From the NCBI GenBank assembly GCA_965248575.1, contig CBDFJQ010000002.1:4672001-4736000 (forward strand): 64,000 nucleotides of DNA, in the 5' to 3' direction. This document shows, in pieces, positions 16,481 to 29,800 of this stretch; within the stretch, counting starts at the first letter, position 1, and every line of letters begins with the position of its first letter. This DNA is from Planctomycetota bacterium (GTDB lineage: Bacteria; Planctomycetota; B15-G4). The translations under genes and the position numbers were made by a program. Below the pieces are notes generated by a model, which did no database searches, had not been told where the DNA came from, and saw nothing but the letters and a program-made list of their open reading frames with translations.

Positions 16481-18484
16481 ATGAGCCATCACACGACGGG
16501 CGACACGCGGAACATCGCGCTCATCGGGGGCCCGGCCACGGGCAAGACCACCTTCGCGGAGGCCGTTCTCTTCGCGACCGGGGTCATCGACCGGATGGGC
16601 AGTATCAGTGACGGCCATACGGTCAGCGACTTCAGCGCGGCCGAGCAAGAGAAGCAGCATTCTCTCCAGTCGTCCTTCATGTACACGGACCACAAGGGTT
16701 GTCACTACAACCTGCTCGACGGGCCGGGGTATCCCGACTTTGTCGGTGAGGCGACGTGCGCACTCGCCGGGGCTGAGACCGCCTTGCTCTGCGTGCATGC
16801 GGGCCAAGGACTCACCTTCCCAGGACACAAGATCTGGGACCTGGCAGCGCGCATGGGTCGCGCACGCGGGGTCCTCGTCACGCACATCGACGAGGTGGAG
16901 TTCGACCCCGAGCAACTGGTCGCGCAGCTGAATGAGGAACTGGGTGTCCGTTGCATCCCGCTGAACGTGCCGCAAGGCACAGGCGCGAAGCTGGAGGGCG
17001 TGACCAACGTTCCGCTCGGCGAGGGCGGCGCGCTGCAGGAGCACCGCCAGCGCTTGCTCGAAGCCATCGTGGAAGTCGACGACACGGTCATGACGGACTT
17101 CCTGGAGAACGATGTCTTGCCGGCCGAGGACCAGGTCCACTCGCTGATGACCCGCTCCATACTGACCGGTGATGTGGTCCCGATCTTCTTCGTCTCGTCT
17201 ACAACGGGGAAGGGTGTGCAGGAGTTCTTGGACTCAGCCTCCATCGCGTTGCCCTCACCGCTCGACGGCCCCTTCTACAAGGACACCGAGGGCAACGACA
17301 TCGACCCCACCGTGGAGGACCCCACGGCGCTGGTCATCAACGTGGCCATCGACCCCTTCATGGGCAAGCTGTCCTTCCTGCGCATCGTGAGCGGCAAGCT
17401 GACGTCGGGGGCGGTGCTGCACCTCATGCGCACGGGCAAGAACGAGAAGCTGGCGCACCTGCAGCTCATGCAGGGCAAGGATCACAGAGAGGAGCACGAC
17501 GCCATCGCGGGCGAGATCATCGCCGTGGCCAAGCTGGACGACCTCGAGATCTCGGACACTATCTCTGCAGGCAACGAGCGCACTGTCGAGCCGCTGCCCA
17601 TGCCGAAGCCCATGGCGGCTCGCGCCATCGAGCCCGCCAACCACTCAGACGATCTGAAGCTGACTGAGGCCATCCGGCGAGCGGCGTCCGAGGACCCTGC
17701 TTTCTCCCTCGAACGGGATGAATACACGGGAGAACTGATCGTGCACGGCACGTCAATCGTCCACATCGAGACCGTGCTGAAGCGCATCACCGAGCGCACC
17801 GGGGTGGTGATCAACGTCGCTGTGCCGCGCGTCGCGCTGAAGGAGACGGTGACGGGAAGCTCTCCGGGTCACCACCGACACAAGAAGCAGACGGGCGGCC
17901 GTGGGCACTTTGCCGAGGTGTCGCTGGTGGTCGAGGCGGCCGAGCGCGGTGGGGGGCTCGACTTCATCGACGAGACGGTCGGAGGTTCCGTGCCCAAGCA
18001 GTTCATCCCGGCAATCGAGAAGGGCGTCCGCCAGGCGATGCAGGAAGGCATCATCGCCGGCTACCGGGTGGAGGACGTCACCGTGCGGGTGAAGGACGGC
18101 AAGTTCCATGACGTCGACTCCGACGAGGCCTCCTTCAGGCTGGCAGGCGGGCGCGCCTTTCGGGACGGCTTCACCAAGGCGCGGCCCGTGCTGCTGGAGC
18201 CGATGCTCGAGGTGGAGGTGGCCGTACCGAGTCGATTCATGGGCGCCATCACCTCTGACATGACCGGTCGCCGCGGGCAGATCAACGGCATGGATGCGCT
18301 GGGCGACCTGCAGGTCATCAAGGCGCGGGTCCCGCAACGGGAACTGCTCACTTACCCCACCGTGCTGCACTCGCTGACGTCAGGCGAGGGCTCCTACTCA
18401 GCGGCCCTTCACGACTACGAGGTGGTGCCAGCCAACATCCAGCAGGAGCTCATGGCCGAGTACAAGCCGAAGGACGACGACTGA
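16481..18484 (+). CDS. fusA: Elongation factor G paralog (EF-G2 / FusA2-like)
   Basis: RNIALIGGPATGKTT, DGPGYPDF, HKKQTGGRGHFA, GKFHDVDS, VLLEPM, DMTGRRG; divergent GTPase motifs. Confidence 0.92.
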   Translation: MSHHTTGDTRNIALIGGPATGKTTFAEAVLFATGVIDRMGSISDGHTVSDFSAAEQEKQHSLQSSFMYTDHKGCHYNLLDGPGYPDFVGEATCALAGAETALLCVHAGQGLTFPGHKIWDLAARMGRARGVLVTHIDEVEFDPEQLVAQLNEELGVRCIPLNVPQGTGAKLEGVTNVPLGEGGALQEHRQRLLEAIVEVDDTVMTDFLENDVLPAEDQVHSLMTRSILTGDVVPIFFVSSTTGKGVQEFLDSASIALPSPLDGPFYKDTEGNDIDPTVEDPTALVINVAIDPFMGKLSFLRIVSGKLTSGAVLHLMRTGKNEKLAHLQLMQGKDHREEHDAIAGEIIAVAKLDDLEISDTISAGNERTVEPLPMPKPMAARAIEPANHSDDLKLTEAIRRAASEDPAFSLERDEYTGELIVHGTSIVHIETVLKRITERTGVVINVAVPRVALKETVTGSSPGHHRHKKQTGGRGHFAEVSLVVEAAERGGGLDFIDETVGGSVPKQFIPAIEKGVRQAMQEGIIAGYRVEDVTVRVKDGKFHDVDSDEASFRLAGGRAFRDGFTKARPVLLEPMLEVEVAVPSRFMGAITSDMTGRRGQINGMDALGDLQVIKARVPQRELLTYPTVLHSLTSGEGSYSAALHDYEVVPANIQQELMAEYKPKDDD

Positions 18485-18560
18485 GCGGTACGACCGCGCG
18501 ATCAATCAGGCAGTGTTACCGTGGGCGCGAGCTTCGAGCGACCTGAGCGGGAGACATCTG

Positions 18561-20555
18561 ATGAGCAGCGACTTCGCAACGGCCCCGGTCTTGCGCTCGA
18601 ATTCGTCCCCGGTTGCGTGCTCGGTGCGCTGTCGACTCCTGTATCTGGTGGTCCTGTCGGTCGCTCTGTGCGCATCCACCGCCAACGCGCAACTGACCGG
18701 CTTCGACAGCTTTCAGTGGCAGCTGAAGGGGGACGCCTACTCGGTGGGCACGACCCTGGACGACACGACCATGAACGTCGTAGGTCCGGACGGCTCCTGC
18801 ACCACAACCCATGTCTGGTACGAGACCGGGCCCATGCCGGGCGGGGCCGTGACGGTTCAGCTCGACTGGACGATCCTCGACCTGTGTCACTTCGACTGGC
18901 CCATCTACGTGCTGGATGGCGCCGTGACAAAGATCCCCACGGACGGGTCGGGCGGCCTGGGCTGCTTCCTCAACAACCAGATCGAGGTGACGATCGAGGT
19001 GCCTTCCGGTTCCACCTTTGGCCTGGGTGTCGGGAGCGCAGACTGCCTGTACGGTGGAGGCACCGCCGTCTACACCGGCTTCCAGTACGACCTCGATCCA
19101 CGCGACCAGAGCTACTGGGTGGACTACGGCAACGCCCTGGATCCGCGGCTGCTGCAGTCCCTGACAACGGGCCCCACGGACACGACCTTCGGTTCTGGCC
19201 TCGCGTTGCCGGGCGATCTGGATGGGGACGGCCTCGACGACGTCGTGATCGGCACCCCCTTCGGCACCTCGCCCCACGTCGAGGCACATTCGGGCGCCAC
19301 CGGTGCCGTACTCTGGACGAGCAACGGCGCGTTCAGCTACGGCTATCGGCTCGCATCCGTGAGTGACGCCAATGGCGATGGCCTGCGGGACATCGTCGTC
19401 GCCAACTTCCAGATCCAAGAGGTCAGCCTCCAATCCGGCGCTGACGGCAGCACCCTCTGGACTTGGGCCTCCACCGTCGGCCAGGCGGGCTTCACCGTCG
19501 CCGTTGTGGGCGACCTGACCGGCGATGGCATCGACGAGATCGCGGTGTCGGGCAACCCCGCGCCGGTCCTCTCGGGTGTGGACGGCGCCGAGCTGCATCT
19601 GCTCAGCCCCGGAGGCAACGTCGCCACGGCGCAGGATGTGGACGACGACGGCGTCGACGACATCCTGGTCTACACCACGACCACAGGCTTGCACGTCTTC
19701 AGCGGAGCGAGCGGCCTCGAGGTTCTCACGATCCCCGAGCCCTCCGGCTTCCAGGGCACCCAGTTTGGCCAGTACGCGGTGGGGGCGGGGGATGTTGACG
19801 GCGACGGTCATGCGGACGTCCTCGCATCTGCCCACGACGCCACTTCACCATTCGGTTCTCCGAAGGCTGGCGCCGTGCTGCTCTTCAGTGGTGATACGGG
19901 CGCGCTCATGCAGACGACCTTCGGGGGCGATCCGAATCGGCAGTTCGGCAACGGCCTCCAGGGTGGGCTCGACACCGATGGGGACGGTTCCTACGAATGG
20001 GCGGCCTTCCAGTTCTTGCCGCCCTTCGGTCTGGGCCGCGGCCAGCTGAGTGTCCACGAGGCCAGCAATGGGGCCAAGCTGTTCACGCTCCCGGACGTTG
20101 ACGGTGACGACTTCGCCGGCAACACGCCTGTGGCTCGGACGACGGCGTTTGGCACGGCATCGCTTGCCTACACCTCGTTTTCGGTGGACGTTCCCCGCTC
20201 GGTGATGCTGCTGGACCAGCTGGCCCATCCCGGGCCGCCCAAGCTGACGGGGGGAGGCACGCCGATCCCCGGCGCGGCCTGGTCGCTGTTCCTCACGAGC
20301 GGTCAACCGCACGCCACAGCGGCCATCGTGCTCGGCCTCTCGACCCTCTCGCAGCCCTTCCTGGGCGGCGTGCTTGGGCCCAACCCAGACCGGATCCTGC
20401 TCTTCACGCTGGACGCCAATGGGCGCCTCAACGGCTCAGGCGTGTGGCCCGCTGAGGTGCCGGCGACGGTCCCGGTCTGGATCCAGGCTTGGGTCCAGGA
20501 CGCAGTGGCGTCCGAGGGCTGGTCCGCCAGTAGGACACTGCGGACGGTCCTCTAG
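18561..20555 (+). CDS. Secreted FG-GAP/integrin-alpha repeat protein with shared C-terminal domain
   Basis: Signal ANA-Q; GDLDGDGLDDVVIG, DANGDGLRDI, GDVDGDGHADVL repeats. Confidence 0.88.
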   Translation: MSSDFATAPVLRSNSSPVACSVRCRLLYLVVLSVALCASTANAQLTGFDSFQWQLKGDAYSVGTTLDDTTMNVVGPDGSCTTTHVWYETGPMPGGAVTVQLDWTILDLCHFDWPIYVLDGAVTKIPTDGSGGLGCFLNNQIEVTIEVPSGSTFGLGVGSADCLYGGGTAVYTGFQYDLDPRDQSYWVDYGNALDPRLLQSLTTGPTDTTFGSGLALPGDLDGDGLDDVVIGTPFGTSPHVEAHSGATGAVLWTSNGAFSYGYRLASVSDANGDGLRDIVVANFQIQEVSLQSGADGSTLWTWASTVGQAGFTVAVVGDLTGDGIDEIAVSGNPAPVLSGVDGAELHLLSPGGNVATAQDVDDDGVDDILVYTTTTGLHVFSGASGLEVLTIPEPSGFQGTQFGQYAVGAGDVDGDGHADVLASAHDATSPFGSPKAGAVLLFSGDTGALMQTTFGGDPNRQFGNGLQGGLDTDGDGSYEWAAFQFLPPFGLGRGQLSVHEASNGAKLFTLPDVDGDDFAGNTPVARTTAFGTASLAYTSFSVDVPRSVMLLDQLAHPGPPKLTGGGTPIPGAAWSLFLTSGQPHATAAIVLGLSTLSQPFLGGVLGPNPDRILLFTLDANGRLNGSGVWPAEVPATVPVWIQAWVQDAVASEGWSASRTLRTVL

Positions 20556-20871
20556 GCGTCCTCGGCGTCGAGTTTGGACTCGTCGGGACGGGCTCCGCTC
20601 GCACGCCCCACGAGGGTAAGCGACACAGTGGTCGCCTAAGCTTCCACGGACGGCCGCGAGAAGCATTATTGCTTGCGCGATTCAGAGATCGCCGCAACAC
20701 TTGGCGCCTCGCGGAAAGAAGCCGGGTCAGGCACATCCGGTCGCGTCGAGCCTCTTTTCACTTGCACCATCGGGTCCCCTCACTCCCCCGACTGGTGCAT
20801 CTTCGTCTCCACACCGTTCTCTCGCGGGCCGGGCTTCCCGACGAGCGAAGGGCACCAGGAATCGACACCTC

Positions 20872-23800
20872 ATGCTGCGCACCCTGACCACTCTGGTGGC
20901 CGTTCTGGCCATCTCCGGAACCGTCTTCTCCCAGACCAGCAACTGGACCGGCACCAACAGCAACGTCTGGAACGACCCTGGGAACTGGGACGCTGGCGTG
21001 CCAACTGCCGCGACCACGGTGGTCATCCCGTCCTCGGCCGCGGCCTTTCCCTCGCTCTACACGACGGGGCCCAGCTGCAACGACCTCACCATCGACTCGG
21101 GGGCGAGCCTGACCCTGAGTTCGGGCTGGGACCTCTCAGTCAGTGCGGGACTGACCATCGACGGCACGCTCACCGTGACGTCCACCACCAGCAACATCGC
21201 GGTCATCGGTGGCTGGGTGAACAACGGCACGTTCACCGACGGCGGGTCGACCGTGACGCTCAACGGAACGGCCAGCCTGGGCGGCAGCTCGTCCACCACC
21301 TTTCAGAACCTCACGGTTGCGAGTGGGACGAGGACGCTCAGCACGGCCATGTCCGTGGACGGCGACCTCGAGCTCGCCACCGGATCCGGCTTGGACCTCG
21401 GCAGCCTCACGCACACCGTGGCGGGCAACTGGACCTCGTCCGGGGGCTCGATCACCGTCACCGGAACGGGGACCATCGAGTTCACCGGCGACGGTCAGTT
21501 CACGACGCTGACCAACAGCGTGCCCAACGTGCTCATCAGCGGTGGCACCCGGTCCATGAACACGAGCACCATCTCCGGCGATCTGGGTATGACCGGCGGC
21601 ACGCTTCAGGTCCTCGACTTCGCCGTCGTCGCCGTGACGGGTGACGCGAACCTGTCCGGGGGCACGCTAGCCTTCTCGGGTCTGTTCAACGGTTTGGACA
21701 TCCTGGATGTCGAAGGGGCCGTCACGCTCACGTCCACGGCAGGCACCTCGAACGCAGACTCGGTGATCCGGGTGGCGGGCGCCTGGAGCAGTACCAGCGC
21801 CTGGACACCCGGTTCCGGCACCGTCGAAATGGACGGCGCGGGCGCAGGCACCATCGGCGGCGCCTCGCCAACCTTCGCTGGCCTGCAGATTTTGAGCGGT
21901 ACCCGGACGGCGGGAGCGGCCACGGTCGGCGGCGATCTCACCGTGGATGCGGGCGCCTCGCTCGTGAGCACCGGGGTTGCGGATGTGAACGGCGATGTCT
22001 CGCTGGGAACCACCGGCTCGTGGGATCTGGGCGCGTCCACGCACACGGTGGATGGCGACTGGATTTCGGCCGGCGGCTCGGCCACTGGCGCGGGTGGTGT
22101 CGACTTTGACGGCGATGGCGTGCTCGATACGGGCACCGCGACCATCTCCAACGTCACCGTCAGTTCGGGCACGCGCACGGCGAACACTTCGGCGGTGACT
22201 GGCGACGTCGCCCTGACGGGTGGCACCCTGCTGGTCGGTGACGACCAGACCTTCTCGATTGCGGGCAACGCCAACTTCAGCGCGGGCACGCTCTCATGGC
22301 CCGCGACGGCCGTCGGCTTCTTCGACGCCCTCGTGGTGGACGGCAACGCCACGGTCACGTCGACCTTTGGTACCGGTTCCACGTTCTCCCGCTTCCGGGT
22401 GGGAGGCGACTGGAGTTCGACAAGCGCCTTCAATCCCACGGCGGGTGCCATCTCTTTTGATAGCGGGAGCGCCGCGAACATCGGTGGCACGGCCCCCGTG
22501 TTCCATGACCTGGCCGTCTCCAATGGCAGCAAGACCCTGACGGCTGCAGCCACGGTCTCTGGCAGCTTGAGTGTCGCATCCGGCCACACCCTCACGCTCT
22601 CCGGGGTCGACCTTGCGGTCACAGGCGACGCCACGGTAGCCGGCACCCTGGCCCTCAACAGCCAGGTCCTTGAGGTCACGGGCGACTTCACGAGCATCGC
22701 AGGGGGTGCCGTCGTGTCTGGCCCCGGAACGCTCGAGTTCACCGGGGTCGGGACAACGAACACGGGTTCGAACGCTGTTCCTGACGTGCTCGTCTCCGCT
22801 GGAACGCGCAGCTTTGCGACATCCAGCATCGCGGGCAATCTGGATGCTTCCGCCGGAACAGTAGACATCGGTGACAACGCCACGCTGACCGTCAGCGGTG
22901 ACGTCAGCTTTGCCGTTGGCAGTACTTTGGGCTTCATCGATACCACCGGCGGCTTCGAGACGCTGGACGTGGCAGGCGACGTCAACCTGTCGGCAACCTC
23001 TGGCACGACGACTGCCAACACCCTCATCAACTGCACGGGCAATTGGACGTCTGACGCGAACTGGGTTCCCCTGGCTGGCCGTGTCCGGCTCACTGGCGGA
23101 GCCGCCACCGCGAACGCGACAAACCTGCCCGACCTCCTGGTCTTGAGCGGTGTGAAGACACTCACCGCGGCGACGTTGATCTCGGGCAATGTCTCCGTCT
23201 CCACGGGCGCCACGCTGGACGCGGACGCCGCCCTGGATGTGGACGGCAACGTGATCCTGGCCAACGCCACCGCCGTCTGGGACATGGGCACGTCCACGCA
23301 TACGGTGGCTGGCGACTTCACCTCCTCGGGCGGTACGGCCATCGGCACGGGGGCGATCGCCTTTGACGGAACCGGAACCCTCGCCACGGGCGGCGGCAGC
23401 ATCTCCAACGTCGAAGTGACCGGCGGCACGCGTACGGCTTTCGCGACGAGCATCACGGGGGACCTGGGACTGTCCGGCACCGGCATCTTGCTGATCGGTG
23501 ACGATGCGACCGTCTCCGTCACCGGCGACGCCAACCTGCTGGCTGGAACACTGTCATGGTTCGGGACGCCCAGCGGCGGCTTCGATCTCCTGGATGTGGG
23601 CGGCAATGTGACGCTCTCCGCAGCCTGGGGCGGCGGCAGCTCACTCTCCCGATTCCGTTGCGCTGGCGACTGGAGTTCCACCAGCGCGTTCGCGCCGCTC
23701 GCCGGCTCGGTCTCGCTGGACGGCGGCTCGGCGACCACCGTCGGCGGCGCTTCCCCGACCTTCTTCGACCTCGCCATCCTGGACGGTGACAAGACCATCA

Positions 23801-26800
23801 ACGCGGCCACTTCCGTGGCGAACGACCTCGTTGTCGCGTCGGGCCAGACGCTCACGCTCTCTGGTGCGGACGCCAGCGTGGCCGGTGATGCGACCGTCGC
23901 GGGCAGCCTGGTCATGGGCGGCCAGACCTTGACCGTGGCCGGTGATTGGACGAGTGACGGCGGCGGCGCCGTGCTTACCGGCCCTGGCACCATCGAATGG
24001 TCGGGGACGGGCACCTCCCTGGGCGGCGTCAACGTCTTGCCTGACGTGCTCGTGAGCGGCGGTGTCCGTACCTTGGACACGCTGGTGTTGGGTGGCGATC
24101 TGGACGTCACCGCCGGGACGGTCGCCATTGCTGACAACAGGACGGTCACTGTCGCCGGGGCTGCGACCCTCGCGGTGGGCTCCACCTTGAGCTTCCTCGA
24201 CACCACCGGCGGCTTCGAGGTGCTCGACATCGAGGGCGCCGTGATCTGCTCGGCAACGAGCGGCACGACCTCCGCCAACTCCCTCATCGACGCGGCTGGC
24301 GACTGGACCTCGGATGCCAACTGGGTGCCCGTTTCGGGTCGCGTGCGCTTCGATGGCGGAACCACGGCCACGGTCTCTGCCACCAACCTGCCCACGGTCG
24401 TCGTGCTCAGCGGCACCAAGACCGTCTCGGTACCGTCCTCCGTGTCCGGCAACCTGAGCGTTTCCAACGGCGCGCAGCTGGTGGCAAGTGCAGCGATTGG
24501 CGTCGCAGGGAGCGTCAGCCTGGGTGACGGAACCTCCGGCTGGGACCTCGGCACCTCGACGCACACCGTGGCAGGCGATTGGGTCGCTGTCGGCGGTTCG
24601 GCAACGGGGCTGGGCACGGTGGAGTTCACCGGCCCGGGAGCGCTCAGCACATCCTCCGGCTCGATCTCCAACGTGGACATCACTGCCGGACTCCGCACGG
24701 CGGCGGATTCGGACATCACCGGCGACCTATCCATGTCGGGCACGGGCACTCTGCTCATCGACGACGACACGACGGTCTCGGTGGGCGGAAACGCCAACCT
24801 CACCGGCGGGACGCTCAGCTGGGTGGGAACCACCACGGGCGGCTTCGACGTGCTGGATGTCGCGGGCGACGCCACGATCATGGCGGCGTTCGGCGGCGGC
24901 AGCACCTTGTCGCGCCTGCGTGTGGCTGGCAACTGGGCCTCCTCCTCGGCCTTCACCCCGACGGTGGGTGTGACCTCTCTGGATGGGGCGAGCGCGACAT
25001 CCATCGGCGGTACCGATCCCACCTTCTTCGACTTGAGCATCACGGACGGCAGCAAGACCATCGTGTCCAACGCCTCGGTCGATGGCGCCCTGAGCATCGA
25101 TGCGCTTCAAACGCTGACGCTCTCCTTGGCTGATGTCAGCGTGGCGGGGGATGTGAACGTGCTCGGCACCTTCGACATGGCCGGCCAGACCGCTACGGTG
25201 GCCGGCGACTGGAGCAGCGATGCCGTGGGCTCCGTGCTCACTGGGCCAGGGACCATCGACCTGACGGCCGACGGCACCCTGAGTACGGGCGCGAACACGG
25301 TGCCAGGCGTGACCATCAGCGGCGGTGTCCGTACGGTCACGACCAGCACCATCGACGGGCCCTTGGACGTGACCGGCGGGACCCTGCAGATCGCCGACAA
25401 CAGCACGGTCCTCGTCACGGGCACTGCGACCATGGCGCTGGGTACCACGCTGGCCTTCGACGACACGAGCGCTGGCCTCGAGACGCTGGATCTCGACGGT
25501 GACGCCGACATCGCCGCCACGGCTGGCGCGATGACCAACAACACCATCATCGAGTGCTCTGGCAACTGGATCTCGGACGCAGCCTTCGTGCCAGCCGGGA
25601 GCCGCGTGCGCTTTGACGGCGGTACCGTCGCCACCATCGACGGCCCGAGCTTCGGCACCGTGATCATCTTGGACGGCGTCAAGACCATGAACGGCGCCGC
25701 CACGCTCAGTGGCAACCTGAATTTGGCGAGTGGTGCCTCCCTGGTGACTGGAGCGGCGCTGGACATCGATGGCGATGTGTCGCTGCTGGACGCAACCGCC
25801 AGCTGGGCCATGGGTGCCTTCAACCACCAGGTCTTCGGCAACTGGACTTCGACGGGCGCGAGTGCCACGGGCACCGGCACCATCGAGTTCGACGGAACGG
25901 GAACGCTGGACACCGGCACGGGCGCCATCGGCAACGCGCTGGTCAGCGATGGCACCCGCACCATCCTGGGCGCGACCATCAGCGGTGACCTGGCCATGAC
26001 CGGCCTGTCGACGCTCTTCATCGAAGATGATGGGACGCTCAACGTGGACGGCAACCTGAACCTGTCGGGCGGAACGCTGGAGTGGTTCGGCACCGGCACT
26101 GGGTTCTTCGACGTCATCGATGTGGCCGGTGATGCCACCATCACGGCGGCCTTTGGCGGTGGTAGCTCGTTCTCCCGCCTGCTCGTCGGTGGCAACTGGT
26201 CGTCTTCTTCGGCTTTCAACCCGGCGGCAGGCCAGGTCTCCTTGAACGGCGGCACGGTGTCGACGATCGGCGGTGCATCGCCCACCTTCTTTGACGTGTC
26301 TGTCTCCTCGGGCGACAAGACAGCTGTGTCGAACGTCGCCGTGGGCGGCAACCTCACGGTGGTCGCTGGCCAGTCGTTCACGCTTTCCGCAGCTGATCTC
26401 AGCGTGGACGGTGCGGTCACGGTCGCCGGCAGCCTGGATCTCGGGGGGCAGACGGCAACCGTCATCGGCAGCTGGACCAGCAGCGGGGCCGGGGCGTCCG
26501 TCGCAGGCCCCGGCACGATTGTCTTCACCGGGACGGGGACCCTCGCCACAGGCGCCAACTCCGTGCCCGATATCCAGGTGACGTCCGGTCTGCGGTCCGC
26601 CGCCACCAGCACCCTCGCGGGCGACCTCGATGTCAGCGGCGGGACGCTGAGCATCCTGAACAACTCGACGGTCACGGTGGCTGGCAACGCGACCCTGACA
26701 GGCTCGACACTCACCTTCGTGGACACCAGCGGCGGCTTCGAAATACTGGACGTGGAAGGCGACGTGCTCCTTACGGCCGCCTCCGGTGGGAGCTCGGCGA

Positions 26801-29800
26801 ACAGCATCATCGACTGCGCCGGCAACTGGACGTCGGACGGGACCTGGGTGCCCAGTTCTGGCCGTGTTCGATTCGACGGTGGCCTCGCCACGGTGAGCGG
26901 GACCAACTTCTCCACCGTGACCATCGTGAGCGGGACCAAGACCTTCACCACCGGCTCTTCCATCACGGGTAGCCTCAGTCTGATCAGCGGTGCCATCCTG
27001 GACACGGACGCAGCCATCGACGTCGACGGCAATGCGATTCTGGGTGACGGAAGCTCGTCCTGGGATGTCGGGAGTTTCGTGCACACGGTGGGCGGCGATT
27101 GGCTTTCCAGCGGCGCCAGCGCCTTGGGCTTGGGCAGCATCACCTTTGACGGCCCTGGCAGCCTCACGACAGGCGGCGGAACCATCTCCAATGCCACCGT
27201 TGCCGCAGGCCTCCGGACTTCCCAGAACGCGACCATCGCCGGCGATCTCGCGCTGACCGGCGCGGCCACCCTGCTGATCGACAACGACAGCACACTGATG
27301 GTTGGCGGCGACGCAAACCTCAGCGGGGGAACCCTGCGCTGGTTCGGCACGCCGTCTGGATTCCAGGACATCCTGGAGGTGGCTGGCAACGCGACAGTCA
27401 CGTCGACCTACGGGGGCGGCAGCAGCCTCGCTCGCTTCCGCGTCGGCGGCGACTGGAGTTCGACCGCGGCCTTCTCGCCGACGGCCGGAGCAGTGCAGCT
27501 GGATGGCGGTTCGGTCGCCACGGTGGGCGGCACGAACCCTGTCTTCTTCGACCTCGCCGTGTCCAGTGGCACCAAGACCCTGGATGCCGACGCGACCATC
27601 GGCGGGGATCTCCAGGTGTCTGCGGGCCAGACGCTGATCCTGTCAGGGGCCGATATCGATGTTGCGGATGACGTGACCATCAGCGGCACGCTGGACATGG
27701 GCAGCCGTACGGTAACCGTCGTCGGTGATTGGATCAGCAGCACGGTCGGCGCCGCGGTGACTGGCCCCGGCACGATCATGCTGACCGGGGCAGGCGTCCT
27801 GGCAACGGGCGTCAACACGATCCCAGATGTCCTCTCGACCAACGGCAGCCGCAGCGTGTCCACCACGGCCGTGGACGGCTCGCTCCTGGTGAGCGGCGGC
27901 ACGCTGCTCGTGCAAGACAACGCCTCCGTGTCCGTCTCCGGAAACGCCAGCTTCGGGGCGGCGGCCGTCCTGGCCTTCACCGATACGAGCGCCGGCTTCG
28001 AGGTGCTCGACGTGGAAGGCGATGTAACGATGACCTCTGTCAGCGGGACGACCTCCGTCAACACGCTGATCACCTGCGGCGGGAGTTGGTCAGCCAATGG
28101 CACCTGGGCTCCCGGGAACGGCACCGTCCGTCTCGATGGTGGGGGCATCACGTCACTCACAGGGCTCGCGCCCGATTTCACACACTCCTTCCAGACCTTG
28201 GTGATCGAGAACGGTGTCCGCGAACTCACCACCGACGTGACCTTTGACGTCGCCTCGCTGCTCGTGGCTGTGACGGGCGAGTTGCGCACACAGGGCAACC
28301 AGGCCGTCGTTCCGGGCATCGGCGGCTCGACGCCGGTCACGATCGACGGCGCCCTGAACATCGGAGCGGGTGGCGGCGTGGCCATGGGCAACCCGGTCAA
28401 CATGACCGTCTCAGGCACTTTGGCCATGAACGGCAGCTTCGGTAGCGAAGCGCAGATCTCAGGGGATGGCGGCGGTGGCTACACGCTGTCCGTCCTGGGG
28501 ACCTTGGACGCGAGCCACTTCCGCTTTGGCGGCATGGACGGCAACGGCGTCATCATCAGCCCCTCCGCCGTCATCCTGGACATGGATCCTGGTCGCTTCG
28601 AGAACCCGTCCCCGGCGGCGGGCTCCTCGCTGCTGAACATCAGCCGGCTGACACCCGCGCAGTTCCGCTATGTCGATTTCTTGGGCGCTGCGACAGGCAC
28701 CTTCAACACCTCGTCCCTCTTTGGCTCACCGATCGAGTTCGTGAACTCCAGCGGCGACCTCTCGGGCGAGGCCTTCGACAACGACCCCAGCGGCCTGGTC
28801 ACCTGGACCACAGGCACCACGACACTGGTGGGCTTCTCAGGGACCGGGGGCGTCACCTCGGCCGCGTTGTCCTGGGAGACCTCCACCGAGGTTGATGTCA
28901 CCGACTACATCGTGCAGCGCGCGACCAGCCCGGGCGGCCCCTTCACGACCGTGAACCAGCAGTCGGCTCTCGGGGCAGGGTTCTATGGGTACGTCGACAA
29001 CGGCCTGAACGGTTCCACCGATTACACCTATCGACTGCTTGAGTTGTTGTCCCATGGTGCTACGCGTCTGCTGGGCACGACGGGCGTGTCGACCGGTGGA
29101 CTGCTCGATCTCCCCAGCACGCCCCAGGTCACGGGCATCGGGAACGACCGCGCCCAGCGCAAGGGCGCGCCCGCGCTCATCGGTGCACCCTTGATGCCGA
29201 ACCCCGGCCTCGGGAGCCTGGCAAACTCCGCTTCGGTCACCGATCTGTCTGGAGCGCTGGCGAACATCGCAGGTGTTCTCAACCCGGTGATCCGCGTCGC
29301 GCCTGGAACCTACCCGGCCTTCGAGATCGAACCGGTGTTCGAGGGCACGCTACGGGTTCTCGCTGACGGCACGGGGCCGGTGCTGATCGACACCACGGAG
29401 GGCCCGGTGCGCATCGCCGGGCTGGACGCCTCCCGTTCGGTGGAGCTGAGCGATCTGCTGATCGGCTCTGCGGGCACACTCTCCTCCGGCCTCCTCATCG
29501 AAGACAACCTGGGCCTCGTCGTCCTGGATGAGACCACGGTTACAGGAGGTTCAGGCCTGCCCGCGATGGAGATCTTCGCCAGCACGCGTGTCGCCTTGCA
29601 ACGCTCGACGGCGATGGGCTCGGTGTCCGTTGCCTATGGATCCTCGCTCACCGTGGGCGGCGGCTCCTTGGGCCTGCTGCAGGTCAGTGGCAACTCCCTC
29701 GTGCGCACGGCCGGTGTCTCGCCGGCCCTGCCCGTTGTCGAGAGCGGTTCGAGTCTCGTCGAGTTCGGTAGCGGCCCGCACGCAGACGTCGAGCTGCCTG

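Noticed and set aside
21606..28427. Long antisense ORFs inside the giant adhesin
   Set aside because: Typical high-GC antisense shadows; no independent protein signature
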